Origin: Bacteroidia bacterium | GTDB lineage: Bacteria > Bacteroidota > Bacteroidia > M30B66 | DNA length: 64,000 bases | Assembly (NCBI GenBank): GCA_965279035.1 | Contig: OZ257142.1 | Coordinates: 3,200,001 to 3,264,000 of the forward strand | Direction of reading: 5' to 3' | In this document: one piece after another, positions 40,467 through 50,093 of the stretch | Numbering within the stretch: the first letter of the stretch is position 1 | Layout: each line of letters starts with the position of its first letter | Translations under genes and position numbers: made by a program | Notes under the pieces: generated by a model | Told to the model about the DNA's origin: nothing | Seen by the model: only the letters and a program-made list of their open reading frames with translations | The model's database searches: none

Positions 40467-43400
40467 ATGAATAAAGTTGTTCTTAGGTCAACACCGAACG
40501 GTATTTTATCTGCATCCATGGAGCAGATAGGAATTCGTGCATTTAGGTTGAAGCTAAGTGGTCCATTCGATCAAACAAATCAAAGTTCATTGCTGAATTT
40601 TTTCCATGAACTTTCATTCGAAAACCAAGCAGATCAACTGATCCTCGATTTTGAAGAAATTATTTTTTGCAGAGAATATACATCTCCTTGGATAGTGAGA
40701 AAATTGAGCAATGCGCTCACACATTCAATTATTCAATCAATCGCATTAGTGAATGCACCAAGTTGGTTGAATAAATTTATTCATGCTTTTAGTAAGATTC
40801 GTCCAAACACAGAAATTAGTTTTCACTATTCGAATAAATCTGCATTAGATTATTTACAGAAGGATCATTCAGAACAGAATCCTATTGAATCGTTTAGAAA
40901 CGATAACTTAATACATAATTTATTTCCAAATTCAGGAGGATTACAACAAGCAGTTGATACAAAATCACATTCTGACTGGAAATTCCAAAGTGAATCTGGA
41001 GATTTTGAATGCAGATTTTTTCACTTGAATAATGAAATTCTTTTAGGATTTGTTCGTGGTGTTTTGAATGATGATACGATTGAACATTTTTTAAGGTGTA
41101 AGCGATTATCTATTGCGGAAATGCCTCAAAAACCGTTTAATGCTATTTATCATTTAGTTGATCTCAAAAAAATAACCAAGAATGCTCGAATTATATTAGA
41201 TAATCATGATCATGAAATTCGTTCTTATTATGCCAAATGCTATTGGGTTTTAGGAAAAACTTCATTGCCAATAATGAAGGTGTTTCGCTTTTTCAATCCC
41301 AATTTCTATCCCTATGTTAGTTTTATAAAATCAGTTGATGTTGGATTGAAATTGATTCAGCAAAACAAGCCAAATCAAGAAATAAAACCCATAGAAACAT
41401 CCAATGAAATTGCTGTATTAAAAGCAGAAATTGAACATTTAAAAAACACACAAGAAATTAGAATTAATCAACTGAATCAAATCATTCAAAAAAATTCTGT
41501 TGATTCTGATTCTACTATAGATAAAACGAATATCCCTAAAAATGATCCATTTGCTATTCTTTTCGAAGGTGTAAAACATCTTCAGGAAAATGTAGGTGAA
41601 GAAATGAATCATATTCAATTGGTGAATTCATCGCTCGAATTAACTGTTGATGAACGCTCCGAAGAAGTCATAACAAAAGAATCAAACTTAAGAGCCATTC
41701 TCGATAATACAGACGATGAGATTTATCTACTTAACGATCGGTATGAATTGATTGATTATAACACCAATTTCGAGAATAATTTCTACGCACGTTATGGCGT
41801 ATTCATAGAGAAAGGTCGCGATTTATTTAGCATGATGCCTCCTGAGTATGGCGATTTAATTCGAAAAACAAAAGACCGAATTGATAAAGCCTTACAGGGA
41901 TTTCAACGAACATATTATGATAAATTCCAATTGGGATTTTACGAATCTATATCGGAAGTAAAACTGTACCCGATTCGCTCAAATACACGAAGTATTTCGG
42001 GTGTTTCGGTGTTTGTGAGAGATTGTACCGAACAAAAACGTTCTGAAGATATTATTCATCAAAATCAACTTCTACTCTCTTCGATCAATCGAAATATTAA
42101 GGAAGGACTTTACCGAAGCACCCCTGCAAGAGGAATGATTTACGTTAATCAGGCATTTGTCGAAATGTTTGGTTTTGAGTCCGAAGAAGAAGCGCTCAAA
42201 GCACCTTCGATGAGCTTGTATTCTGAAGCCAATCGTCGTTTAGAATTGGTTCAAATAATTGAACAAAGTGGTTCGTTTACCAACGAAGAAGTTCAATTTC
42301 GTAAAAAAGATGGAACGCCATTTTGGGGATTACTTTCTTCGATGCGTTCGACTGATGCTGAAGGAAATGTTTATTACGATGGAGCCATTCGCGATATTAC
42401 ACACATTAAAGAATACGAACGAGAAATTATTCATTCGAAAGAAATTGCCGAAAATGCGACACGCGCAAAATCCGATTTCTTAGCAACCATGAGCCATGAA
42501 ATTCGTACTCCGATGAATGGCGTTATTGGTATGACTAGTTTATTAGCCGATACACCACTAAATCCTGAACAACGCGATTACGTAGAAACAATTAAAGTAT
42601 CAGGTGATCATTTGTTGAATATCATCAACGATATTCTTGATTTTAGCAAAATTGAAGCAGGACATTTAGAATTAGAAAATACCGTTTTCGATTTGAATTC
42701 GTGTATTGAAGAAGTAATGAATCTCTTCAGCAACAGGGCTTACGAAAAGAATATTGAATTATATTATCGGGTAGAAAATTCAGAAGTATTTCAATTAAAT
42801 GGGGACATTACGCGTTTCCGCCAGGTCATTGTAAACTTAATTGGGAATGCCATTAAATTTACAAATGAAGGAGAAGTGTTGATTGATATAAAACCAATAG
42901 AAAGAAAAAAAGGACAAATTCGATTGCAAGTTTCAGTGAGTGATACTGGAATTGGAATTCCTCAAGAGAAGCAGGAAAAACTGTTCAAACCATTTTCACA
43001 AGTCGATAATTCGACCACACGGAAATATGGAGGAACGGGGCTAGGACTCGCCATTAGCAAGCATTTAGTTGAATTAATGGGCGGCTCTTTAACCATGTTT
43101 AGTGAAGAAGAAAAAGGCACCACATTCGTTTTTGATGTGATGATGAATGAGTCGAAACAAGAATTAAAAAAAGACCAAAATCTTGATGTCTTAAAGGAAA
43201 AACGCATATTGATTGTAGATGATAACATGACCAATCGCAAGATTCTTGAACAATTGTTTAAAACCAATGGGATGATTGTGGAATCGTATAATAATCCACT
43301 GATTGCAATTAATATCATCAAACAAGGGAAGCAATTTGACTTAGGTTTGATTGATATGAAAATGCCTGAAATGGACGGAATCAGTTTTGGAAAAGAAATT

Positions 43401-44021
43401 CAACAGCTTTCATTAAATAGAGAACTTCCCTTGATTTTGTATTCTTCGATTGGTCATATGCTTTCAAGAACTGATATCAATAAATACTTCAAAGCTCATG
43501 TAAATAAGCCAATTCGCCACGATTTATTGCTTCAGAAAATGGGTAATATTTTGGGCGAAGTTCCATTAATTACAGTGAATGAAGAAAGCATTCAAGTAGT
43601 TGAAGATAGCATAGCCTCTCATTATCCAATGCGCATATTATTGGCTGAAGACAATCTCATCAACCAAAAATTAGCAGAACGTGTTCTCGAGATATTCGGT
43701 TATGAAATTGAGATTGCAAACAATGGATTAGAGGCAGTTCAGATGCTCGAAAAAAATAATTACGATCTCATTTTCATGGATGTGATGATGCCCGAAATGG
43801 ATGGTTTGGAAGCAACTGGAACCATTCGTAGAGAATACAAAGGTCATCAACCAGTAATTATCGCAATGACAGCCAATGCACTCAAAGGCGATCGCGAAAT
43901 TTGCATCAATTCGGGAATGAACGATTATGTGAGTAAACCTATCAATACCGAAGTCATTCGAGAACTATTAATTAAATATGGTTCAATGATTCAACAAGGT
44001 GTTGATCCTTATTCAACGTAG
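40467..44021 (+). CDS. Cytoplasmic hybrid sensor histidine kinase (PAS-PAS-HisKA-HATPase-REC-REC)
   Basis: [16 protein letters not shown]-box, [23 protein letters not shown], two receiver domains (VDDN...DMKMP; AEDN...DVMMP); no TM segment seen. Confidence 0.93.
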   Translation: MNKVVLRSTPNGILSASMEQIGIRAFRLKLSGPFDQTNQSSLLNFFHELSFENQADQLILDFEEIIFCREYTSPWIVRKLSNALTHSIIQSIALVNAPSWLNKFIHAFSKIRPNTEISFHYSNKSALDYLQKDHSEQNPIESFRNDNLIHNLFPNSGGLQQAVDTKSHSDWKFQSESGDFECRFFHLNNEILLGFVRGVLNDDTIEHFLRCKRLSIAEMPQKPFNAIYHLVDLKKITKNARIILDNHDHEIRSYYAKCYWVLGKTSLPIMKVFRFFNPNFYPYVSFIKSVDVGLKLIQQNKPNQEIKPIETSNEIAVLKAEIEHLKNTQEIRINQLNQIIQKNSVDSDSTIDKTNIPKNDPFAILFEGVKHLQENVGEEMNHIQLVNSSLELTVDERSEEVITKESNLRAILDNTDDEIYLLNDRYELIDYNTNFENNFYARYGVFIEKGRDLFSMMPPEYGDLIRKTKDRIDKALQGFQRTYYDKFQLGFYESISEVKLYPIRSNTRSISGVSVFVRDCTEQKRSEDIIHQNQLLLSSINRNIKEGLYRSTPARGMIYVNQAFVEMFGFESEEEALKAPSMSLYSEANRRLELVQIIEQSGSFTNEEVQFRKKDGTPFWGLLSSMRSTDAEGNVYYDGAIRDITHIKEYEREIIHSKEIAENATRAKSDFLATMSHEIRTPMNGVIGMTSLLADTPLNPEQRDYVETIKVSGDHLLNIINDILDFSKIEAGHLELENTVFDLNSCIEEVMNLFSNRAYEKNIELYYRVENSEVFQLNGDITRFRQVIVNLIGNAIKFTNEGEVLIDIKPIERKKGQIRLQVSVSDTGIGIPQEKQEKLFKPFSQVDNSTTRKYGGTGLGLAISKHLVELMGGSLTMFSEEEKGTTFVFDVMMNESKQELKKDQNLDVLKEKRILIVDDNMTNRKILEQLFKTNGMIVESYNNPLIAINIIKQGKQFDLGLIDMKMPEMDGISFGKEIQQLSLNRELPLILYSSIGHMLSRTDINKYFKAHVNKPIRHDLLLQKMGNILGEVPLITVNEESIQVVEDSIASHYPMRILLAEDNLINQKLAERVLEIFGYEIEIANNGLEAVQMLEKNNYDLIFMDVMMPEMDGLEATGTIRREYKGHQPVIIAMTANALKGDREICINSGMNDYVSKPINTEVIRELLIKYGSMIQQGVDPYST

Positions 44022-45208
44022 TCGGACAAATAGCTAAACCGCTCGGTGAGTTTTCCGTCTTTTGCAATGGTGGCGCGCTTAATCATGGGATGCCCATCGG
44101 CTTGCAATAATCCTCCAATCACATATTTAATTAAATGTTCTCCAAAGCCATAGGAAGCGTCTAAAGGTAATTCGCAAGGGAGATTACTCACCGCCATAAT
44201 ATCAATGGTATTGGATAAATAGGGAGCTTCAACAGTTTCTGAAAGTGGATGAAAACCAAAGGTTGGATCTTCGATGGTGGTGTCTTTCACTGTTGCTGGA
44301 ATAGAACCGTTCACATCGCAACTGATATCAGCAATTACTTTGATTCTAAAGTCGCGCGCTTTCATATCTTCTTTGGAAAAAAAACGTGGAATTCGTTCGT
44401 TCCAGAAAATCGAATTGAGCATCAAATCGCAGCTTTTGGTATAAGGACGAAATGTGGAAACGTAATTTTCAGGATTCTGGTAGAAATCGGCTTTGTCCCA
44501 TTCATCGCCATCCTTATGTGCATAAAAATCTTCTGTCACCAAATGCACATAGGTTGGCACATCAAACGAATCATGAATAAATTCATCGGGTGTTACCTCG
44601 CGGATATTTAAGGCTTTTAGCACTTGCAAACATCCATGAGCAACGCGACCATCACCTGTAAGAGCAATGCGAATTGGAGGTAAATTGATATGTTTATATT
44701 GCTCAAGCATTTCGGCATAATCGCGACACTTCCAAGCAGGTTTTAAATCGAATTGCTTCATTTTTTTCCCCCAAGTGAGGAAACCTTCATGTGTTCCTAC
44801 AATCCCAGCGTAGCGACCAAAACCGAGTACGCGACTTCCATTTTCCCAAACCAAGGTTTCGTAATCAACCATACAGATATTGAGTTCCAAAATCTTACGA
44901 AGAAGTTTTCGGTTGTGTGGTTGTTTTTTGATTGTGTGAGAGAAGAAAAGGTAGGTTTTTCCGGGGATGAGTTCGTCTGTTGGAACTTCTTTTATCCCTA
45001 AAAGGATATCACATTCGGAGAGGTCTTCGCGTAATTCGATGCCGGCTGCAGCATAATCATCATCAGAAATACACCGATGCGGAGAAGGTTGTACGAGTAT
45101 TTGAACATTCGAAAAACGCTCCATTACTTCTTTGCATTGAATGGGAGTAAGTGCTACTCGTTTATCGAATGGTTTTTTTCCTTCTCGAATTAAGCCGATG
45201 GTTCTCAT
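44009..45208 (-). CDS. Saccharopine dehydrogenase / lysine-ketoglutarate reductase-like (AlaDh/PNT family) oxidoreductase
   Basis: REGKKPFDKRVALTP, GIKEVP, FFSHTIKKQPHN, DYE, FGRYAG, DISCD, NLPCELP. Confidence 0.85.
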   Translation of the reverse strand: MRTIGLIREGKKPFDKRVALTPIQCKEVMERFSNVQILVQPSPHRCISDDDYAAAGIELREDLSECDILLGIKEVPTDELIPGKTYLFFSHTIKKQPHNRKLLRKILELNICMVDYETLVWENGSRVLGFGRYAGIVGTHEGFLTWGKKMKQFDLKPAWKCRDYAEMLEQYKHINLPPIRIALTGDGRVAHGCLQVLKALNIREVTPDEFIHDSFDVPTYVHLVTEDFYAHKDGDEWDKADFYQNPENYVSTFRPYTKSCDLMLNSIFWNERIPRFFSKEDMKARDFRIKVIADISCDVNGSIPATVKDTTIEDPTFGFHPLSETVEAPYLSNTIDIMAVSNLPCELPLDASYGFGEHLIKYVIGGLLQADGHPMIKRATIAKDGKLTERFSYLSDYVE

Positions 45209-45212
45209 GCGG

Positions 45213-45220
45213 CAAAGTTA
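45213..45220 (-). promoter_or_regulatory. -7 box (TAACTTTG) for the dehydrogenase gene
   Basis: TAACTTTGCCGCATG: consensus only 4 nt upstream of the start codon. Confidence 0.55.
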
Positions 45221-45294
45221 AGAAGGCAATTTTAAGAAGGAAGGAGATTCTGTTATTATTACGAATATCCCCTAGAAAGGGCAAAAAACTGATG

Positions 45295-45302
45295 TATCTT
45301 TG
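45295..45302 (+). promoter_or_regulatory. -7 box (TATCTTTG) for ssrA
   Basis: Perfect TAnnTTTG consensus 20 nt upstream of the tmRNA 5' end. Confidence 0.7.
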
Positions 45303-45322
45303 CCGAAGTTCTTTCATAACAT

Positions 45323-45713
45323 GGGGCCGTCATGGTATCGACAGCGAGTGCAATTGACAAGTAAGCATGCCGGGTGTTGCGAGGTTAACCCGTTAAAACA
45401 ATCCGCGCGCCTATAACTGGCGAAAACAACTACGCACTAGCAGCTTAATCCGATAGGATTAACCACGTTTGCCTTATAGGTAAACACTAGTTGTCTCCCG
45501 GGGAAGTTTTCTCAAGTCGTCCCCGATGAGGCATCGTAAAGTTTGAGATAGGTTTTTCAGGGTCCTGATGAATTACCGAAAACGATCGGGACTAAGAAGA
45601 GGGCTGGTTTGTTCCGTTCCTACCCACTTCCGACAATTGATTCGGAAATAAGCATGTAGAAAGCGTGTGAATTCCTTGTTTGGACGCGGGTTCGACTCCC
45701 GCCGGCTCCACAA
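45323..45713 (+). ncRNA. ssrA: tmRNA
   Basis: 5' GGGGCCG...GGTATCGAC; tag ORF GGC GAA AAC AAC TAC GCA CTA GCA GCT TAA (GENNYALAA) at 45419-45448; 3' T-arm GCGGGTTCGACTCCCGC and acceptor CGGCTCCA. Confidence 0.96.
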
Positions 45714-45716
45714 TCA

Positions 45717-45747
45717 TAACGCAACTGATATTCAATCAGTTGCGTTA
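45717..45747. repeat. Perfect 13-bp inverted repeat adjacent to att site
   Basis: TAACGCAACTGAT-ATTCA-ATCAGTTGCGTTA. Confidence 0.9.
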
Positions 45748-45759
45748 AAAATTTCTGAG

Positions 45760-46977
45760 ATGATAGTTTCAGCGACACAAAAAGCGACGCATTTTCGCAA
45801 CAATTATATATCGGACTATGTTCCAAGGCTTGTCATTCCTGCAATTGGAAGTAAAGATCAGCGACAGTATATTAAATACAAGGTATGGAATCGCGACCAG
45901 GGCAAATATGTTTGGGTTAAAGATTATGAGGTAAACAAAATTCCTCCATCTAAAAGGGAGAAGTTCATAAAGAATAGAATTCAAGAGTACCAACTATTGC
46001 TAAAAGAAGGATTGCAAAAATCTCCTCTTCAGGAAAAGGCTGATCTTGAAATGGAAATGATCAAGGAAAATGCAATGACCTTGACTATTTCGAAAGCGAT
46101 AGAATATGGATTAAAGGAAAAACAAGGCTTGAAGCTCCGTCAGATTAGAAATTATGAGCATCGATCAAGAATATTCTTAGAATGGCTTAATGATCGGGGA
46201 TATTCGAAGGTACCCGCCTATCTATTCAGATCTGAAAAAATCAAGGAGTTTGTATCTCATTTGAGAAACACTAGAAACTGTGCACCTAGAACGATTAATA
46301 ATTATTTACTGGATCTCTCAACTTTGATAAATGTTAATGTTGAGAATGAACTTCTAGATAGAAATTACTTTCCGGACGTAAAGAAAGATCGTGTTGGGAT
46401 CGGTAAGAATTGGGCCTACACTGTTGAACAGCAAAAAGAAATAATTCAGCATGTTAAGGATAAGCATCCAGAATACTTAATGCTCATTCAGTTCATGTAT
46501 TATACATGTGCTCGAGAGAGAGAATTAAGCTTGATGAAAATTGAAGATATAGGCAAGCGCCATCCTGATCAGATTTGGTTTCCTGAAGACAACACAAAAG
46601 AAATCATGGAGAGAAACATCATGATTCCAACTCAACTTAAGGAGGTTATAAAGGAAAACAAACTCCTTTCACTACCTGGTGATTGGTATGTATTCAGTAA
46701 GAACTTTCGTCCTGGACCTGTATTTTATCATTCAGATAATTGGGGAAAGAGATATGGTAGAATGGTTCGGAACATTAGTCCTGAATATGATTTAAGACAC
46801 ACTCTATATTCCTGGAAGCATACCGGAGTAACTATGCTTCATATAAATGGGACTGAATTAAGTGCTATTCAACAGCATTTAGGTCATAGATCACCTTTTT
46901 CAATATTGAAGTATCTAAAAACATTAGGACTTCATACAAATAGAACTATTGTAGATCAGTTTCCTGATTTGCCTTAA
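45760..46977 (+). CDS. Tyrosine recombinase / phage integrase
   Basis: SAM-like region (RTINNYL), YYTCARERE (Arg I), NTK, YSWKHT, HLGH, KYL (Tyr); start uncertain (frame open back to GTG 45667). Confidence 0.92.
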   Translation: MIVSATQKATHFRNNYISDYVPRLVIPAIGSKDQRQYIKYKVWNRDQGKYVWVKDYEVNKIPPSKREKFIKNRIQEYQLLLKEGLQKSPLQEKADLEMEMIKENAMTLTISKAIEYGLKEKQGLKLRQIRNYEHRSRIFLEWLNDRGYSKVPAYLFRSEKIKEFVSHLRNTRNCAPRTINNYLLDLSTLINVNVENELLDRNYFPDVKKDRVGIGKNWAYTVEQQKEIIQHVKDKHPEYLMLIQFMYYTCARERELSLMKIEDIGKRHPDQIWFPEDNTKEIMERNIMIPTQLKEVIKENKLLSLPGDWYVFSKNFRPGPVFYHSDNWGKRYGRMVRNISPEYDLRHTLYSWKHTGVTMLHINGTELSAIQQHLGHRSPFSILKYLKTLGLHTNRTIVDQFPDLP

Positions 46978-46998
46978 CTATAAACCAAAACAAAATTT

Positions 46999-47913
46999 AT
47001 GAGTACTAAAACTGTTAGATTTAATTTGTTTTCTGTTGAAATGAACAAATATGATTACAATAAATTTGATTCATTATCGGAAGCATTAAATTCATGTAAT
47101 TCTTCAATCGAATTACCATTAACCAATATCGTTCCACCTGATACTTTAGTTATGCCTATGCAATTGATTTCAAAACTAAACGGTGAAATTGTTGCCGGAG
47201 CTATCGCTTTTAAACAAAGATCAATGATTGAGTTTGTTTATAATAGTGAAACAAAAAAAAATGAAACTATGCCTAATAAATTTAATCCGATGCATAGTAC
47301 TTGCTTTTTATACGATAAAACAACCGGAATTATTATCATTGAATCTGTTCAGCGTGGCAAAGGTCCTGGTGTAAGACAAGTTTGTGATTACCTTTCTTCT
47401 TCGTGTGGATTAAGATCACTAAGTCATTTAACGGTTCCAAATCCAAATGAATTAAAAAAACTTGAAGAAATAAGTGAAATTAGAGGGGTAGAAATTATAC
47501 TTGCGAAGCCAAATCACGACTCAGCTCAAAAACAACCATTAGCAATGAAAGATTGTTCTGATTTAGCAGATGATTGGAATGGTGATAGAATAACAGTTGA
47601 AGTAACTGGAAAAAGAATGAATTATAAAAGAATAATGGATTCAGTTAGGGCTTTCTTAAAATTAGATGATTCAGAAAATAATGAATTAAAAAAATTCAGG
47701 TTATCTGGAGTAAATGGAGATAATGATAGTAGAATTGTAGACATTTTATCTAATAGAATTTTATTAGAAGCTGAAATACCTAGAACAGTTAATAAATCTA
47801 TAGGTACTTTAAATGAAATAATAAATGTTGGATTAAGAAAATACAAAGAAGTTAGGCCTACAATTTTAAAGCAATACTCAGAAACGAAAAGAGATAGATT
47901 CTTTAGCGAATGA
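46999..47913 (+). CDS. Soluble hypothetical protein, RexA/DUF4747/DUF6731-like
   Basis: 304 aa, no TM; segment CFLYDKTTGIIIIESVQRGKGPGVRQVCDYL recalls DUF6731/DUF4747-type moron proteins; coupled to 4-TM gene. Confidence 0.55.
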   Translation: MSTKTVRFNLFSVEMNKYDYNKFDSLSEALNSCNSSIELPLTNIVPPDTLVMPMQLISKLNGEIVAGAIAFKQRSMIEFVYNSETKKNETMPNKFNPMHSTCFLYDKTTGIIIIESVQRGKGPGVRQVCDYLSSSCGLRSLSHLTVPNPNELKKLEEISEIRGVEIILAKPNHDSAQKQPLAMKDCSDLADDWNGDRITVEVTGKRMNYKRIMDSVRAFLKLDDSENNELKKFRLSGVNGDNDSRIVDILSNRILLEAEIPRTVNKSIGTLNEIINVGLRKYKEVRPTILKQYSETKRDRFFSE

Positions 47914-48395
47914 AAGATCAAACTAAGTTAAATTGGGAAAGATTTAATCCGATTATTTTAAGTGGGATTGGAATTTTTGTGTTTTGGCTTCTTGATAAAT
48001 ATTTTGTAGGAATTTATGATACAATTTACACTTTATCAAATAGCTTGATAGGAGTTAGTTCTACAATGATAGGTTTCTTCTTAACGATATTGACTTTGAT
48101 AGAAACCATTAATACAAATCGCATGAGAGTAGTTAAAAAAACTGGCAATTATCCGAGACTATTTAGATACTTAAAATCAGCTATTAAATTTAATTTGATT
48201 TTTATCGGTATATGTATTTTAGAAATAACTTGTGAAAAGTATATTACAACTTCAAATACAGAAAAATACTTAGCATTATATAGGATTGTACATTATGCTT
48301 TTGTACTAACTTTAATCCTCTCCATTACAACTTCAGTTAGATTTATCTCAATAATATTAAACCTGATGCATGATAAAACAACCACAAATAATTAA
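47910..48395 (+). CDS. Four-TM membrane protein, RexB-like architecture
   Basis: Four hydrophobic segments (approx aa 15-33, 45-64, 92-107, 124-150); ATGA overlap with upstream gene. Confidence 0.65.
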   Translation: MKDQTKLNWERFNPIILSGIGIFVFWLLDKYFVGIYDTIYTLSNSLIGVSSTMIGFFLTILTLIETINTNRMRVVKKTGNYPRLFRYLKSAIKFNLIFIGICILEITCEKYITTSNTEKYLALYRIVHYAFVLTLILSITTSVRFISIILNLMHDKTTTNN

Positions 48396-48416
48396 ACAAA
48401 ATTTACCTTATTTATT

Positions 48417-48863
48417 TTAAGATATAATATCCAAAATCGCATTCTTTCGTACAACAGAACCATAAGATTTAGTAGTAAAACCTGAAGTTGTATAATTCCC
48501 CCAAGTACCACCATTTGAGGTCGAAATCCAGAAATAGAGTGTTTCAGAACCAAAGGAGTAATCAATTAAATGATTCCTGGCATCTGTTATAAAGGTTTTG
48601 AAATCAGCATCAGCAAGTTGGCTATTCATGTATGCTGTTAATTCATCGATCTTTTGTTGTCTTGTTTTCACGATCACTTTTATTTCTGATTCTAAAACTT
48701 CTCTAATTGTGTATTCAGGAAATGCCTCTGGAACAAGATCCACTATTTCTGCAGGAGCATAGAATGTTCCATCATTAAGTTCTGTGAACATCACCATGTT
48801 TACACCGCTCCTGAAGCCATTATAAATTGCAGCAATTTGTGCTGTAACAACTGCTCCGTTCAT
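48417..48863 (-). CDS. Phage hypothetical protein (last gene of virion operon)
   Basis: 148-aa ORF, start overlaps upstream stop (48860-48863). Confidence 0.65.
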   Translation of the reverse strand: MNGAVVTAQIAAIYNGFRSGVNMVMFTELNDGTFYAPAEIVDLVPEAFPEYTIREVLESEIKVIVKTRQQKIDELTAYMNSQLADADFKTFITDARNHLIDYSFGSETLYFWISTSNGGTWGNYTTSGFTTKSYGSVVRKNAILDIIS

Positions 48864-49684
48864 ACTTGTCTACCTAATATAGTTTGAAATTCTTGAACAA
48901 TTGAATCGAATAATGCAGATTCTGTTGTGCTCATATATGCACCAATTGAGGCAAAAGCACATTCCTGATCAGTATAGATCGCTGGTGTTCCATTAAAATT
49001 TAAAGCAAGAATGAAAATATTTAATGTAAAAGGTTGATTATAGATTGTTGTAGCAGTTTGCTTTAATGAACCGCGATAAAATGTAGTTTGTATATTGGAA
49101 AATCGAGTACCAATAAATAGTCCATCAGTTCTTGAAATAGTATTAAAACCAAGAGCAGTAAAAAATGGGCTTATTCCAGATGAAAATGCACCTTGCCCAG
49201 ATGTAATTATAGCTGTTCCATTATTTGAGCCTGTTGCATATCCACCAATAGAACCCTTTGATCCGGTGCTACCATTTGTTCTAGAATAAAACGAAAGATG
49301 GAAATCTATATAGGATGTATTTGTGCTAGGAATTAATGAAATGTTGCCATATTGATTCACTCCATTACCCTTCACTCCAGTTGGTGCAAATGTTGGTGCA
49401 TTAACCCAAGTTATTTGATGGAGAGAGGTGTTTTTCAAATTTAAGCTGCACGATAATGAAGTGCTGCCAACCATTGGCCAAATGGCCACGATTCGATCCC
49501 ACAGACCATTTACCTTTAAAGAATATACAAGATAATAGATTGCTGCCTTTTCTGTCTCATCTGTGATTCCTGTAGCTAAAACAAACAAATGAGCTTCGCG
49601 ATCAGATATAGCTCTAGTATCTCCCATCTTTCTAGTGGCGAATGATCTTTTAGGAAATGCTTTTTTGGGAAATGAGGAAAACAT
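48860..49684 (-). CDS. Phage virion protein, probable lectin/LamG-like fibre or decoration domain
   Basis: A-x-x-F-x-x-A-x-G-I-T-D...A-I-x-x-L-V-x-x-L-K-x-x-G-L-W...P-M-V-G N-terminus seen in aquatic phage structural proteins, beta-rich C-terminus ending FQTILGRQV. Confidence 0.55.
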   Translation of the reverse strand: MFSSFPKKAFPKRSFATRKMGDTRAISDREAHLFVLATGITDETEKAAIYYLVYSLKVNGLWDRIVAIWPMVGSTSLSCSLNLKNTSLHQITWVNAPTFAPTGVKGNGVNQYGNISLIPSTNTSYIDFHLSFYSRTNGSTGSKGSIGGYATGSNNGTAIITSGQGAFSSGISPFFTALGFNTISRTDGLFIGTRFSNIQTTFYRGSLKQTATTIYNQPFTLNIFILALNFNGTPAIYTDQECAFASIGAYMSTTESALFDSIVQEFQTILGRQV

Positions 49685-50091
49685 CAGAAATCAGAAACTT
49701 GTGCAAAAACATTTATAGGAACTGATCCAGATAAAGCTGTGCAACAAACTTTAATTTTCTGCCCTGCTTTTAGTTGGAAATCATCATCAAGATAAGTACC
49801 TGAAGCAGATTGAACGGTTGCTGAAGGAGTCGCTGCAGCAATTGCAATTTCTCCCATCAAAATTGGATTTGCACCTGAAGTATCTGTGACAAAGATCAAT
49901 ACTAAACAACTAACAGAAGCGCCTGCGGCTTTTGCAATTATTTTAGTGCATTTGGATCCAACGCTGCCCGAGGTTGTTCCTGCAGTAAACAAATCTACTA
50001 GCGTTCCAGCGCCAGTTCGATCAAAGTTTACTGTTGTTATTTGAACTCTTCTTGTTTCAGGAATTAACCCGAATTGTGGTTGTGTAGCCAT
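49684..50091 (-). CDS. Phage structural hypothetical protein (small beta-sandwich)
   Basis: 135-aa Thr/Ala/Gly-rich ORF coupled to neighbours. Confidence 0.6.
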   Translation of the reverse strand: MATQPQFGLIPETRRVQITTVNFDRTGAGTLVDLFTAGTTSGSVGSKCTKIIAKAAGASVSCLVLIFVTDTSGANPILMGEIAIAAATPSATVQSASGTYLDDDFQLKAGQKIKVCCTALSGSVPINVFAQVSDF

Positions 50092-50093
50092 TT

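Noticed and set aside
45667-45759. ORF-track integrase start at GTG inside tmRNA
   Set aside because: Overlaps the structured tmRNA 3' end; ATG 45760 is the more plausible start, though the open frame is noted as a finding
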